From Cyanobacteria bacterium M_surface_7_m2_037 (GTDB lineage: Bacteria > Cyanobacteriota > Cyanobacteriia > PCC-6307 > Cyanobiaceae), in the NCBI GenBank assembly GCA_016882585.1, contig VGPP01000001.1, forward strand, positions 1 to 54,054: a stretch of DNA of 54,054 bases, written 5' to 3'. Under the pieces are notes generated by a model, which made no database searches, was not told the DNA's origin, and saw only the letters and a list, made by a program, of their open reading frames with translations. The position numbers and the translations under genes are program-made. Below are positions 11,708 through 21,852 of this stretch, piece after piece. Numbering within the stretch: the stretch's first letter is position 1; the number at the start of each line of letters is the position of its first letter.

Positions 11708-12061
11708 TCAACCGGCGCAGTGGGCTTTCACTTCTTCGAGCGTGATCGTCTGCTTCTCACCACGGAAGGGATTGTCTTCGGTGAGGAACAACATGCAGTG
11801 GCACTCCTTGCGCTCACGCATCGGCACGCAGGGGCAGTTCCAGAAAGCCTGGGACACCTCGGCTTCCTTGTCTTCGTAGTGGCGGCAGGGGCACAGGGCG
11901 CCGCCCAGCTCGTCTTTATGACGAGCCAGGCCCTCGAGCACAACTGCCGTGACGCTGGGGTCGCTGCAGAAATAAGTGCCGGTGCGCTGGGCGTAGGTTT
12001 CCGCGAACTTGCGGATCACCTCAAGGCTGTCGCTGGCTTGGGAGGCAGGAGCTTCAGACAT
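11708..12061 (-). CDS. ftrC: Ferredoxin-thioredoxin reductase catalytic subunit
   Basis: CPCRH, WNCPC and CHC motifs. Confidence 0.93.
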   Translation of the reverse strand: MSEAPASQASDSLEVIRKFAETYAQRTGTYFCSDPSVTAVVLEGLARHKDELGGALCPCRHYEDKEAEVSQAFWNCPCVPMRERKECHCMLFLTEDNPFRGEKQTITLEEVKAHCAG

Positions 12062-12125
12062 GAGGGCAAAGGCGAGGCGGAGCGTGATGCCCGTGCGGGC
12101 TTGGCCAGCAGTCGCGAAACCGCAG

Positions 12126-12149
12126 TTACGAAACCGAGGTGTTTCGCAA
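12126..12149. promoter_or_regulatory. Candidate SufR operator
   Basis: TTACGAAAC-CGAGGT-GTTTCGCAA, an 8/9 inverted repeat with a 6-nt spacer, between divergent ftrC-sufBCDS and sufR. Same geometry as the cyanobacterial CAAC-N6-GTTG box. Confidence 0.6.
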
Positions 12150-12275
12150 GTCGACCCTAAAGCACACGGGCGGCACCCGGGGGTGACGCTGCATTGTGAC
12201 GTGTGGTCGCCCCAGCACCGTTCACTCGTCAGCACCTGAACGGGCGTGGCATGGTGTGGTGGTAAAGAGTTGGCC

Positions 12276-12911
12276 ATGAGCGCCTCCACGCAGGCACCCA
12301 CCCGAGAGGCAGCGCTCACCCTGATGTTGCGTCAGGGTGAGCTCACCGCGGCGCAACTGGCGGAAGCCTTGGCCGTGTCTGTGCAGGTGATGCGGCGCCA
12401 CCTGCGCTCCCTGGAAGAGGAAGGCCTGGTGGAGGCCAGCCCCGCACCGGAAGGGCCAGGACGGCCCTCCAACCTCTGGCGGCTCACGGCCGCTGGCCGC
12501 CGCCAGTTCCCCAATGGCAGCGAACACTTCGCCCTCGGGCTGCTGAGCTCCATGGCCACCAGCCTGCCCACCGAGATGGTGGATCAGCTGCTCCAGCGCC
12601 AGGCCTCTGAAAAAGCCGCCGACTATCGCCACCTGATCGGCGCTGGCAGCCTGCAGGAGCGCATTGAGCGGCTGGTGGATCTGCGCCGGCGCGAGGGCTA
12701 CGTGGCCGACTACAAGCCCAATCCCAAAGGCGAGGGCTGGGTGATCAGCGAATTCCACTGTTCGGTGATGAAGATCGCCGAGCAGTTCCCCTGTGTGTGC
12801 GATCAGGAACTCCAACTGATTCGCCACACCTTCCCCGACTGCGCCGTGGAGCGGGTGCACTGGCTGCTCGATGGCAGCCACGCCTGCGGGTTCCTGCTGC
12901 AACCGTGCTGA
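12276..12911 (+). CDS. sufR: Fe-S biogenesis regulator SufR
   Basis: N-terminal wHTH, GRP motif, REGY, HC..CVCDQE..C cysteines; divergent from the suf operon. Confidence 0.93.
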   Translation: MSASTQAPTREAALTLMLRQGELTAAQLAEALAVSVQVMRRHLRSLEEEGLVEASPAPEGPGRPSNLWRLTAAGRRQFPNGSEHFALGLLSSMATSLPTEMVDQLLQRQASEKAADYRHLIGAGSLQERIERLVDLRRREGYVADYKPNPKGEGWVISEFHCSVMKIAEQFPCVCDQELQLIRHTFPDCAVERVHWLLDGSHACGFLLQPC

Positions 12912-13267
12912 GCGAGCACGACCTTCAAGAACTGGAGAGCACGCTGCTCCCGGCGTTGGAGCGTCACCACCTGCGCCTGCTGGCCCACAGCCTGCGCTGC
13001 CTGCAGCAGGCCGCTGCTGGTGGCACCACCATGCCTGCCCAGGCCGGCTTGATGGCCTGGGCGCAGCAGCAACCCAACCTGGCGGTGGATCCCACCTTCA
13101 TCCCGGTGCTGGTGGAGCAGCTCGCCAAGGCCGCCGTCCAGCTCGAAGCGATTGGGCAGGAGTTCCACAAGCCACCATTGGCGCTGGAGATCAGTGATCT
13201 GGTGCGCTGGGGGCAGCGCCAGGCCGATCAACGGCTGGACAACACGCTCAAGCCACCAGAGCAGTGA
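12905..13267 (+). CDS. Hypothetical protein
   Basis: GTG overlaps the sufR end; LERHHLRLLAH helical protein with host-like codon usage. Confidence 0.7.
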   Translation: MLSEHDLQELESTLLPALERHHLRLLAHSLRCLQQAAAGGTTMPAQAGLMAWAQQQPNLAVDPTFIPVLVEQLAKAAVQLEAIGQEFHKPPLALEISDLVRWGQRQADQRLDNTLKPPEQ

Positions 13268-14111
13268 CGCCGCTCAGAGCGAGCAGAGCCGCCAGCCACC
13301 CCCGCCACCCCGGTTGATCCCCCTCCAGGTGAGCGAGCGGGATCGCCATCAGCGGCGCGGTGGCTAGCAACGCCACCGCCATTCCGCCGGGCAATCGCTG
13401 CAACGCCAGCTGCTGCAGGGCAATCCCCAGCGTGGTGCCCAGCAACGTGGCGAGCAATCCCAGGGGCCAGCGCCTCGCCGACGGCCGCGGCCCCCAATCC
13501 CTGGTTCGCCAACCCCGAAGCAAAGGCAGCAACACCACACCCGCCGCCAGCACCCGCACCAGGGCCGACTGCAACGGATCGAAGGCGCCATCCCGCAGCG
13601 CCGCCCGCGACACCAACGCTCCAGCACTGCCGCAGAGCAGCGCTCCCAGGGCCAGAAGCACACCCTGCAGCTGCTGACGCCCCGCCGCCGCATCACCAGC
13701 GCGCTGCCCCGCCACCAGCAGCAGTGCCAGGGTGATCAGGCCCAGGCCGAGCCAGTGGAGCGGCTCCGGCACCTCCGCCAGCCACACCATCCCGCCCAGC
13801 GAGGCCACGGCAGGACCGCCGGCATCAATGGTGAGCGTGCGGCGTGTGCCCAGCCGGCGCAGCGCTGCGAAATACAAACTGTCGCCAACAGCGATCCCCA
13901 GCACACCACTCAGTGCCAACAGGAGCAGGGGGCCGGGGGCAACCGGCCAGGCGCGCCCCATCACCAGGGGCAGGAGCATCGCGAGTGCCAGCCAGTTCTT
14001 GAGCAGATTGAGCTCAGCGCCGCTGAGGGAGGTGGGCAGGCGCCGCCAGAGGCTGCTGGCCAACGTCCAACACAACGCGGCAGCCAAGGCAGCCAGAGCA
14101 CCGATCAGCAC
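13248..14111 (-). CDS. DMT/EamA family transporter
   Basis: About 10 hydrophobic helices in two repeats; SGVLGIAVGDSLYFAAL. Confidence 0.88.
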   Translation of the reverse strand: MLIGALAALAAALCWTLASSLWRRLPTSLSGAELNLLKNWLALAMLLPLVMGRAWPVAPGPLLLLALSGVLGIAVGDSLYFAALRRLGTRRTLTIDAGGPAVASLGGMVWLAEVPEPLHWLGLGLITLALLLVAGQRAGDAAAGRQQLQGVLLALGALLCGSAGALVSRAALRDGAFDPLQSALVRVLAAGVVLLPLLRGWRTRDWGPRPSARRWPLGLLATLLGTTLGIALQQLALQRLPGGMAVALLATAPLMAIPLAHLEGDQPGWRGWLAALLALSGVTALVA

Positions 14112-14164
14112 AACCTCAACCGGCGGTGGCGGCTTGCGATCATCGCTGCACCCGCCGCGCCGCC

Positions 14165-14779
14165 GTGAGCCTCTCCCTTGAGAACGCCCTCAGCTTTTTT
14201 CAGCTGAGCTGCGGGCGCTGGCGCTCCCAGCGCAGCGTGCATCACCTGCTGCACCGCCGCGCCGAAGCGGGCGGCTCGCTGATCGTGGTGGATGAACTCG
14301 CCCCGAACGATCAACGCCTCGTGGAGCTGGCCCAGCTGCACGGCCAGGATCCAGCAGGGCTCGTGGGCGGCTGCTGGGTGCGCTGGAGCGCCTCGATGGC
14401 CTGGGACAAAGCCGGTGAAGACCACACGGGCGAAAGCGTGATCGGCTTGATCCCCACCGACGAGCGCGGCCGGGAGGGGATCCTGCTGCGCGATCTGGGC
14501 TACGCCGAGAAGGCACCCGCCAGCTCGCGCTTCTGCATGGACGAGCACGATGGCCTGCTGCTCAGCACCGAGTACGAAACGATGAGCGTGTGGGAGCGCT
14601 TCGCCTTCCAGGGCCCGAATGTGCGCGTGCGCAGCAGCACGGTGGAGGGCCTCTCCAACAACGCCTCGTTCTGCATCGAAACGCGCTGCGACGACAGCCA
14701 GCAGCAGCGGCCCGCGGCCTCGGCAGCCGCCGACAGCGCGGCGGCGAGCGAACCAGCCCTGTCACTGCTGGGCTGGTAA
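14165..14779 (+). CDS. cpcS: Phycobiliprotein lyase, CpcS/CpeS family
   Basis: FFQLSCGRWRSQRSVHHL, LLRDLGYAE, ER.F..PNVR.R; adjacent to cpcG. Confidence 0.85.
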   Translation: MSLSLENALSFFQLSCGRWRSQRSVHHLLHRRAEAGGSLIVVDELAPNDQRLVELAQLHGQDPAGLVGGCWVRWSASMAWDKAGEDHTGESVIGLIPTDERGREGILLRDLGYAEKAPASSRFCMDEHDGLLLSTEYETMSVWERFAFQGPNVRVRSSTVEGLSNNASFCIETRCDDSQQQRPAASAAADSAAASEPALSLLGW

Positions 14780-14884
14780 GGCCCGGCTGTTTCGAACGTT
14801 ACGGACTGTGAGCCCTACCCGAGGCGGATCAGTGGAGCCGTGACGGCACTTCTACGATCACCAGAGACGGATGCCGAAGTTCGA

Positions 14885-15643
14885 GTGGCCCTTCCCCTCC
14901 TGAAGTACGCGCCCACAACGCAGAACGCGCGTGTGGATCCCCTTCGCGTGGGCTCGGACGAGGATCCCAAAGCCGCGTCCATGGACAAGGCGATGGATCG
15001 CGAAGATCAGAACTTCGTGATCGAAGCGGCTTACCGCCAGATCTTCTTCCACGCCTTCAAAGTCGACCGCGACCGCACCCTCGAGTCGCAGCTGCACAAC
15101 GGCCAGATCACAGTGCGCGATTTCATTCGCTCGCTGTGCCTGTCGGACACTTTCAACCGCAGCTTCTACACCCTCAACAGCAACTACAAGGTGGCTCGCC
15201 ACCTGGTGGAGAAGCTGCTGGGCCGCAAGACCCACGGCAAGTCTGAGGAGATCGCCTGGTCGGCGGTGCTGATGACCCGCGGCGTGAAGGGCATGGTCGA
15301 CGACATCCTCGACAGCGAGGAGTATCTGAACGCCTTCGGTTACGACACCGTGCCTTACCACCGCAACCGCGTGGTAGGCAGCCGCGACCTGGGCGAGACC
15401 CCCTTCAACATCACCAGCCCCCGCTACGACGCCTACTACCGGGGCATCCTGGGCTTCCCCCAGATCGTGTACACCGGCACCGCCCGCAAGCTGCCCGAGC
15501 GCTCCCTGCAGCGCCGTGGTGGCTTCCCGCAGGACTACATGCCCTGGGTGCGCACCCTGCCTGCCCTGCGTGGCGCCAGCGCCGCCGGCAGCGCCGACAT
15601 CGATTACCTGGCCAAGGTTCCTTACCGCAGCATCGGTCGCTGA
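14885..15643 (+). CDS. cpcG: Phycobilisome rod-core linker CpcG
   Basis: MALPLLKYAPTTQN, IEAAYRQIFFH, ITVRDFIR, PFNITSPRY. Hydrophilic C-terminus, so not CpcL. Confidence 0.92.
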   Translation: MALPLLKYAPTTQNARVDPLRVGSDEDPKAASMDKAMDREDQNFVIEAAYRQIFFHAFKVDRDRTLESQLHNGQITVRDFIRSLCLSDTFNRSFYTLNSNYKVARHLVEKLLGRKTHGKSEEIAWSAVLMTRGVKGMVDDILDSEEYLNAFGYDTVPYHRNRVVGSRDLGETPFNITSPRYDAYYRGILGFPQIVYTGTARKLPERSLQRRGGFPQDYMPWVRTLPALRGASAAGSADIDYLAKVPYRSIGR

Positions 15644-15670
15644 TCATTCAGCGATCAAGCTCTTTCAGAC

Positions 15671-15695
15671 AGCGGGGGGAAACCCCCGTTTTTTT
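15671..15695 (+). terminator. Rho-independent terminator after cpcG
   Basis: GCGGGGG-GAAA-CCCCCGT hairpin followed by a T run. Confidence 0.85.
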
Positions 15696-15808
15696 GTGGG
15701 CAGCCCCAGGCGGCGGAGCTGGTCTTGGGATGCTGACTGCGGGATCACAGACCAGGGCAGACCTGTGAGAGTTGGCCAGACTGATCCCGAACACAATCCG
15801 GAGGACCT

Positions 15809-16855
15809 GTGAGTCAGACCCTGTCATCGCTGGCCCGGATGACCCTGCGCCAACTGCGCCAGGTGGCGAGCGAGCTGGGTGTGACGCTCTACAGCCGCAA
15901 GACCAAAGATGAGCTGGTGAGTGCCATCGGCGAACGCCAGGCCGATCTCTCCAGCCTCGAACAGGAGCACGCCCCCAGCCGCCAGAGCGATGACACCCGT
16001 GTGGTGTTCCTCCCCCGCGACCCCCAGTGGGCCTACGTGTTCTGGGAAATCAGCGAACAGGATCGTCAGCAGGCCTTCAAGGCCGGGGCCAGCCAGCTGT
16101 GCCTGCGGGTGGCCGATGTGACCGGCATGAGCAACGGCGGCAGCCATCCCCACACCCTGCAGGAAGTGCCGGTGGATAGCCATGCCACCGAGTGGTACCT
16201 CCCCGTGCCCCTGAGCGATCGCGACTACCGCGTGGAGCTGGGCTACCGCGTGAGCGGTGGTGGCTGGATCTCGCTGGCCTTCTCCTCCGTGGCCCGCGTG
16301 CCGGCACTCCATCCGAGCGAGCAGATCCTGGATCAGTTCGTGCCCTTCTCGCTCGACACACCCCCCAGCACCATCACCCCGCAAACGCTGCCCACCAGCG
16401 ACAACGGTCTGCACGAGCGGCTCTACCAAACGGCCACAACCGGAACCCGCCGCCTTGGTCGGGGCTCGGAAGCCTTCCACGAGATGGCCGACAGCAGCGG
16501 CGCAGGCCTCAATGCCTCCGGCGCCGGCCTGTGGGCGAGCGGCCGCAGTGAATCGGGTTCTGGTGTGGTAGCCCCGCGCCAACGCTCCTTCTGGCTGGTG
16601 GCGGATGCCGAACTGATCGTGTACGGCGCCACCGATCCCTCAGCCAAATTGAGCATCGGCGGCGAAGACGTACCCCTCTCCAGCGATGGCACGTTCCGGA
16701 TTCAGGTGCCCTTCCGCGACGGGCAGCAGGTGTATGCGATCGAAGCCGTGGCTGCCGATGGTGAGCAGAAGCGCAACATCACGCTCGATTTCGAACGCAC
16801 CACCCCGGAAGACAACAGCAACCCCAGCGATCAGGCTGTAGCCGAATGGTTCTAA
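15809..16855 (+). CDS. DUF4912 protein with N-terminal Rho_N-like domain
   Basis: TLRQLRQVA..YSRKTKDEL, LPRDPQWAYVFWE, FWLVADAELIVYGAT. Confidence 0.85.
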   Translation: MSQTLSSLARMTLRQLRQVASELGVTLYSRKTKDELVSAIGERQADLSSLEQEHAPSRQSDDTRVVFLPRDPQWAYVFWEISEQDRQQAFKAGASQLCLRVADVTGMSNGGSHPHTLQEVPVDSHATEWYLPVPLSDRDYRVELGYRVSGGGWISLAFSSVARVPALHPSEQILDQFVPFSLDTPPSTITPQTLPTSDNGLHERLYQTATTGTRRLGRGSEAFHEMADSSGAGLNASGAGLWASGRSESGSGVVAPRQRSFWLVADAELIVYGATDPSAKLSIGGEDVPLSSDGTFRIQVPFRDGQQVYAIEAVAADGEQKRNITLDFERTTPEDNSNPSDQAVAEWF

Positions 16856-16865
16856 AGGCGCGGCG

Positions 16866-17039
16866 ATGAAAGCTCTGGTTGCCCTCACTCCGATCACCGG
16901 TGCGGTGGCACTGCCGCTCTTGGTGTGTTTTTTGATGGCCAAGGTGAGCATTGGCACCGGGGTGTTGGCGGCCGTGGTGATCAGCAGCCTCTGGTTTGTG
17001 GCGATGCTGCGTACCTCTGAATTGCCCGAACACGGCTGA
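16866..17039 (+). CDS. Small two-TM membrane protein (57 aa)
   Basis: Hand translation MKALVALTPITGAVALPLLVCFLMAKVSIGTGVLAAVVISSLWFVAMLRTSELPEHG; starts 10 nt after the DUF4912 stop. Confidence 0.7.
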   Translation: MKALVALTPITGAVALPLLVCFLMAKVSIGTGVLAAVVISSLWFVAMLRTSELPEHG

Positions 17040-17086
17040 AGCCAGCCGAGCAGGGGAATGCTCCCTGCAGAAGCCGGGAGTCTGCG

Positions 17087-18586
17087 GTGAGCGAACCAAT
17101 GCGTGGCTGGAGCCTGGTGATGCTGGCCATCGCCCTGCTCCAGGGCTGCGGCTCCCAGGCCGGCCGCCTGGTGGGAGCGGGCCCTGCGGAGCTCCCTCTG
17201 CCTGCGGGCATTGAGGTGGCCTTCAACCACAGGGCCGATCGCCACTACACCAGCCCGATCCACGCCGAAGCCCGCAATGGCGACAACCTCGAGGCGATGC
17301 TGGTGCGGGGGATTGACGCCGCCGAGGAAGACATTCTGGTGGCGGTGCAGGAGCTCTCCCTGCCCGCGATTGCCGAAGCCCTGGTGCGGCAACACCGCCG
17401 GGGCGTGAGCGTGAAGGTGGTGCTGGAGAACACCTACAGCACCCCGTGGAGTGAGCAGCACGAGGCTGAGCTTGATGGCCACGCCCGCCAACGCCGCCAG
17501 CTGCTGATGGAGCTGGCCGATCGCAACCGCGACGGCATGGTGAGCCTGGAGGAACAGCAGCGCGGCGATGCCGTGGCCCTGCTGCGGGCCGCGGGTGTTC
17601 CTGTTCTCGACGACACCGCTGATGGCAGCAAAGGCAGCGGCTTGATGCACTCGAAATATGTCGTGGTGGACCGGCAGCTGGTGATCACCGGATCGGCAAA
17701 CTTCACGGCTTCATGCATCCACGGCGATGCTGCCGATCGCCGCACACGCGGCAACGTGAACCATCTGCTGCGGCTGGACAGCCCTGAGCTGGCCGAGCTC
17801 TTTGCAGACGACTTCAGTCGCATGTGGGGGGATGGTCCAGCTGGCCAGAGCGACAGCCGCTTTGGCCTGGCCAAGCAATCCGGCCCTGCAACCCGGGTGA
17901 TGGTGGGGACCACCCCGGTGGAGGTGCTGTTTGCACCGCACCGGCCCAGCGACCCCAACAACGGCCTGAATCTGATCGGCAGCACCCTGGCCGCCGCCCA
18001 GCAACGGGTCGACATGGCGCTGTTTGTGTTTTCAGCCCAGGCCCTCACGGATGTGATCGCAGGCTTGCAGGCCAGAGGCGTTCAGCTGCGCCTGCTGGCG
18101 GATCCTGGCTTTGCCAGCCGCTCCTTCTCCGAGGTGCTCGATTTGCTCGGCGTGGCCCTGGCGGATCGCCACTGCAAACTCGAAGCCGGCAACCAACCGC
18201 TCCAGCAAGCGGCCGAAGGCGTGGGGATCCCTCGGCTGGCCAGGGGCGACAAGCTGCACCACAAGCTCGCCATCGTGGATGGACGCACCGTGATCACAGG
18301 GAGCTTCAACTGGAGCCCCAGTGCCGCTCATCAAAACGATGAGGTGCTGCTGCTGATCCATTCGCCCCTACTGGCAGCTCACTTCACCCGAGAGATGGAT
18401 CGCTTGTGGAAGGGCGCCGACCTGGGGATCAACGCTGCACTCGAGCGCAAACTACTGGAGAACCGCAGGCGCTGCGGCAGTGGGGTGCAGCGCAGTGAGG
18501 GCTCCAGGACCAGCCCCACTGGCAACCCAGCAACCATGTCTGGCCTCAGTGCCCATAATCTGAGCCAAAGCAACAGCCGGCCGTGA
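17087..18586 (+). CDS. Phospholipase D superfamily lipoprotein (cyanobacterial ComA-like nuclease)
   Basis: Lipobox LLQGC; two HKD motifs (HSKYVVVD..TGSANF and HHKLAIVD..TGSFNW). Confidence 0.85.
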   Translation: MSEPMRGWSLVMLAIALLQGCGSQAGRLVGAGPAELPLPAGIEVAFNHRADRHYTSPIHAEARNGDNLEAMLVRGIDAAEEDILVAVQELSLPAIAEALVRQHRRGVSVKVVLENTYSTPWSEQHEAELDGHARQRRQLLMELADRNRDGMVSLEEQQRGDAVALLRAAGVPVLDDTADGSKGSGLMHSKYVVVDRQLVITGSANFTASCIHGDAADRRTRGNVNHLLRLDSPELAELFADDFSRMWGDGPAGQSDSRFGLAKQSGPATRVMVGTTPVEVLFAPHRPSDPNNGLNLIGSTLAAAQQRVDMALFVFSAQALTDVIAGLQARGVQLRLLADPGFASRSFSEVLDLLGVALADRHCKLEAGNQPLQQAAEGVGIPRLARGDKLHHKLAIVDGRTVITGSFNWSPSAAHQNDEVLLLIHSPLLAAHFTREMDRLWKGADLGINAALERKLLENRRRCGSGVQRSEGSRTSPTGNPATMSGLSAHNLSQSNSRP

Positions 18587-18753
18587 TCCACAACCCGCTC
18601 TGGATGCTCGTGCCCTGGGCTGTGTTTGCCGTTGCCGCCGGGGTGAAGTTCTGGAAGATCACCACAGTCTTCCGGCGGCGCAACATGACCAACAGCACCA
18701 AAACCGATCAGTTCAGGCAAACCCTGGAGCGGATCTGGGTGCGCAACGCCTGA
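18583..18753 (+). CDS. Small single-TM protein (56 aa)
   Basis: Hand translation MIHNPLWMLVPWAVFAVAAGVKFWKITTVFRRRN...FRQTLERIWVRNA; GTGA overlap with the PLD stop. Confidence 0.65.
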   Translation: MIHNPLWMLVPWAVFAVAAGVKFWKITTVFRRRNMTNSTKTDQFRQTLERIWVRNA

Positions 18754-18815
18754 TGCCTGCAACTCCGCCGCGACAGGCAAACCCATTGCATGATGGGCTC
18801 ACCGATCCGGTTGTG

Positions 18816-19262
18816 ATGGCTGCTCATCGGGGCTGGCACCACTCTGCTGCTGCCGCGCTCGCCTCAACGGCGGCGTTGCTGGTTGCTGTGGTTCTGCCCG
18901 AAGCCAGCCGGGGCGCTCCCTATGTGCCCTTTCCCAGCCAGGACAGCCTGCGCCAGGTGCAACTGGCCGCCCTGGCCTGCGCCAGGGAGAACAGCAGCGA
19001 GAGCTGCAAGCGAGCCCAACAACTCGGTGATCCCTTGCTGGACCATCCGCGGCTGCCCGCCAATTGCAAGGATCTGGTCTGGCAGATGCTGGCCAAAGCG
19101 CAGCCAGCCCCCACCAACAGCTTCAGCCGGCGGCAAGCGATCACTGATCCCGCCGAACGGTTGCTGCTGGTGTGCCGCAGCACCGAGAAGCCTGAGGCCG
19201 CAGACACACCGGCCGCCAAACCAGCCGGCGGTGGGATCAACCTTGGTGGCGGACAACGCTGA
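18816..19262 (+). CDS. Hypothetical secreted protein with four cysteines
   Basis: Signal-like N-terminus; LACARE, DPLLDHPRLP..CKD. Confidence 0.7.
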   Translation: MAAHRGWHHSAAAALASTAALLVAVVLPEASRGAPYVPFPSQDSLRQVQLAALACARENSSESCKRAQQLGDPLLDHPRLPANCKDLVWQMLAKAQPAPTNSFSRRQAITDPAERLLLVCRSTEKPEAADTPAAKPAGGGINLGGGQR

Positions 19263-19269
19263 GGGGTGA

Positions 19270-20970
<1,701 letters not shown>

Positions 20971-21077
20971 ACATCATCAGCTTCAAGCACCAGAAGGAAG
21001 GCCCATTGGGATGATCAGACCCACGGAGTGTTCTCAAAGATCAGCGTGGACCCTGCAAAAAGTTAGCCTCAACCCTG

Positions 21078-21103
21078 GCCGGCTCTACTTGAGCAGAGTC
21101 GGC
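21078..21103. terminator. Hairpin between convergent pgm and the DUF1345-like gene
   Basis: GCCGGCTCTAC-TTGA-GCAGAGTCGGC imperfect stem; no U-tract. Confidence 0.35.
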
Positions 21104-21138
21104 ATTACCACGGCCATCATTAGAATAGGCCAGCACAA

Positions 21139-21795
21139 TCACAGAGAAGCAAGTGCGATAGCGCGAGATAAAGTCAATCCCATGACATCCCACATCATGA
21201 AACCATGGAGAAAAATCAGGGTACGGGCCGCACGCGTTTCACCCGCGAATCCACCCAAGGTAGTCGAGATCAGCGACGTCAGAGAAGCGAGAATATAATC
21301 AAATGGCCCCGGAGCGATGTCAGCCGACATTCTGAAGAGAAAAACGCGCTGACCAGTCGTGGCAACTGCATTGGAATCCATGCGCCAGTAAATCCAACCC
21401 CATACCAGGAGCAGAGACGGGAGGAAGAGCAATAACTGCAGGATCGGCAGGACACGATCTTGGGGCGGGAACAAAATCAATAGATTGAGCAATAAAAATA
21501 GCAACCCAACCTTGAGCATGGCAAACACGGCCAAGGCATCAAGCAGGGAACGCCGTAGGCGCCCACCCAGCGGAACCGCGGCGCAATAGGCAAGAACAAT
21601 CAGCCACAGCGGCGAAAGCAGAGGGACAATATATTGATGAAATCGCCCAAGCACCGCCACCATATCTGCAATCAAAACATAATCCTTACTACTACTCTGA
21701 GTGAATTCGAGAACCTGTCCGGAGGCATATTGAAACAGGCCAATCACCAACAACAACAGCACCTCCCAATTGCGACGCAACACACGTGTCACCAT
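21139..21795 (-). CDS. Membrane protein, DUF1345-like
   Basis: Several TM segments; C-terminal WGWIYW..F.F..PGPFDY..SLTS..TRAAR..HG pattern; AT-richer codons. Confidence 0.6.
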   Translation of the reverse strand: MVTRVLRRNWEVLLLLVIGLFQYASGQVLEFTQSSSKDYVLIADMVAVLGRFHQYIVPLLSPLWLIVLAYCAAVPLGGRLRRSLLDALAVFAMLKVGLLFLLLNLLILFPPQDRVLPILQLLLFLPSLLLVWGWIYWRMDSNAVATTGQRVFLFRMSADIAPGPFDYILASLTSLISTTLGGFAGETRAARTLIFLHGFMMWDVMGLTLSRAIALASL

Positions 21796-21852
21796 TCGCA
21801 AGAGACCTGAATCAGGGCGTTCAGCTTACAACCGGCGAACAACTGATCACGT

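Noticed and set aside
14789-14806. GTTTCGAAC-GTTACGGAC as an HLR1/RpaB site upstream of cpcG
   Set aside because: The 9-nt period and mismatches do not fit the HLR1 consensus well.
17087-18586. PLD gene as an anti-phage (DISARM DrmC-type) component
   Set aside because: It has a lipoprotein signal and no neighbouring defence helicase or methylase.
21011-21298. 95-aa plus-strand ORF after pgm
   Set aside because: It overlaps a hairpin and the antisense DUF1345-like gene and has no recognisable features.
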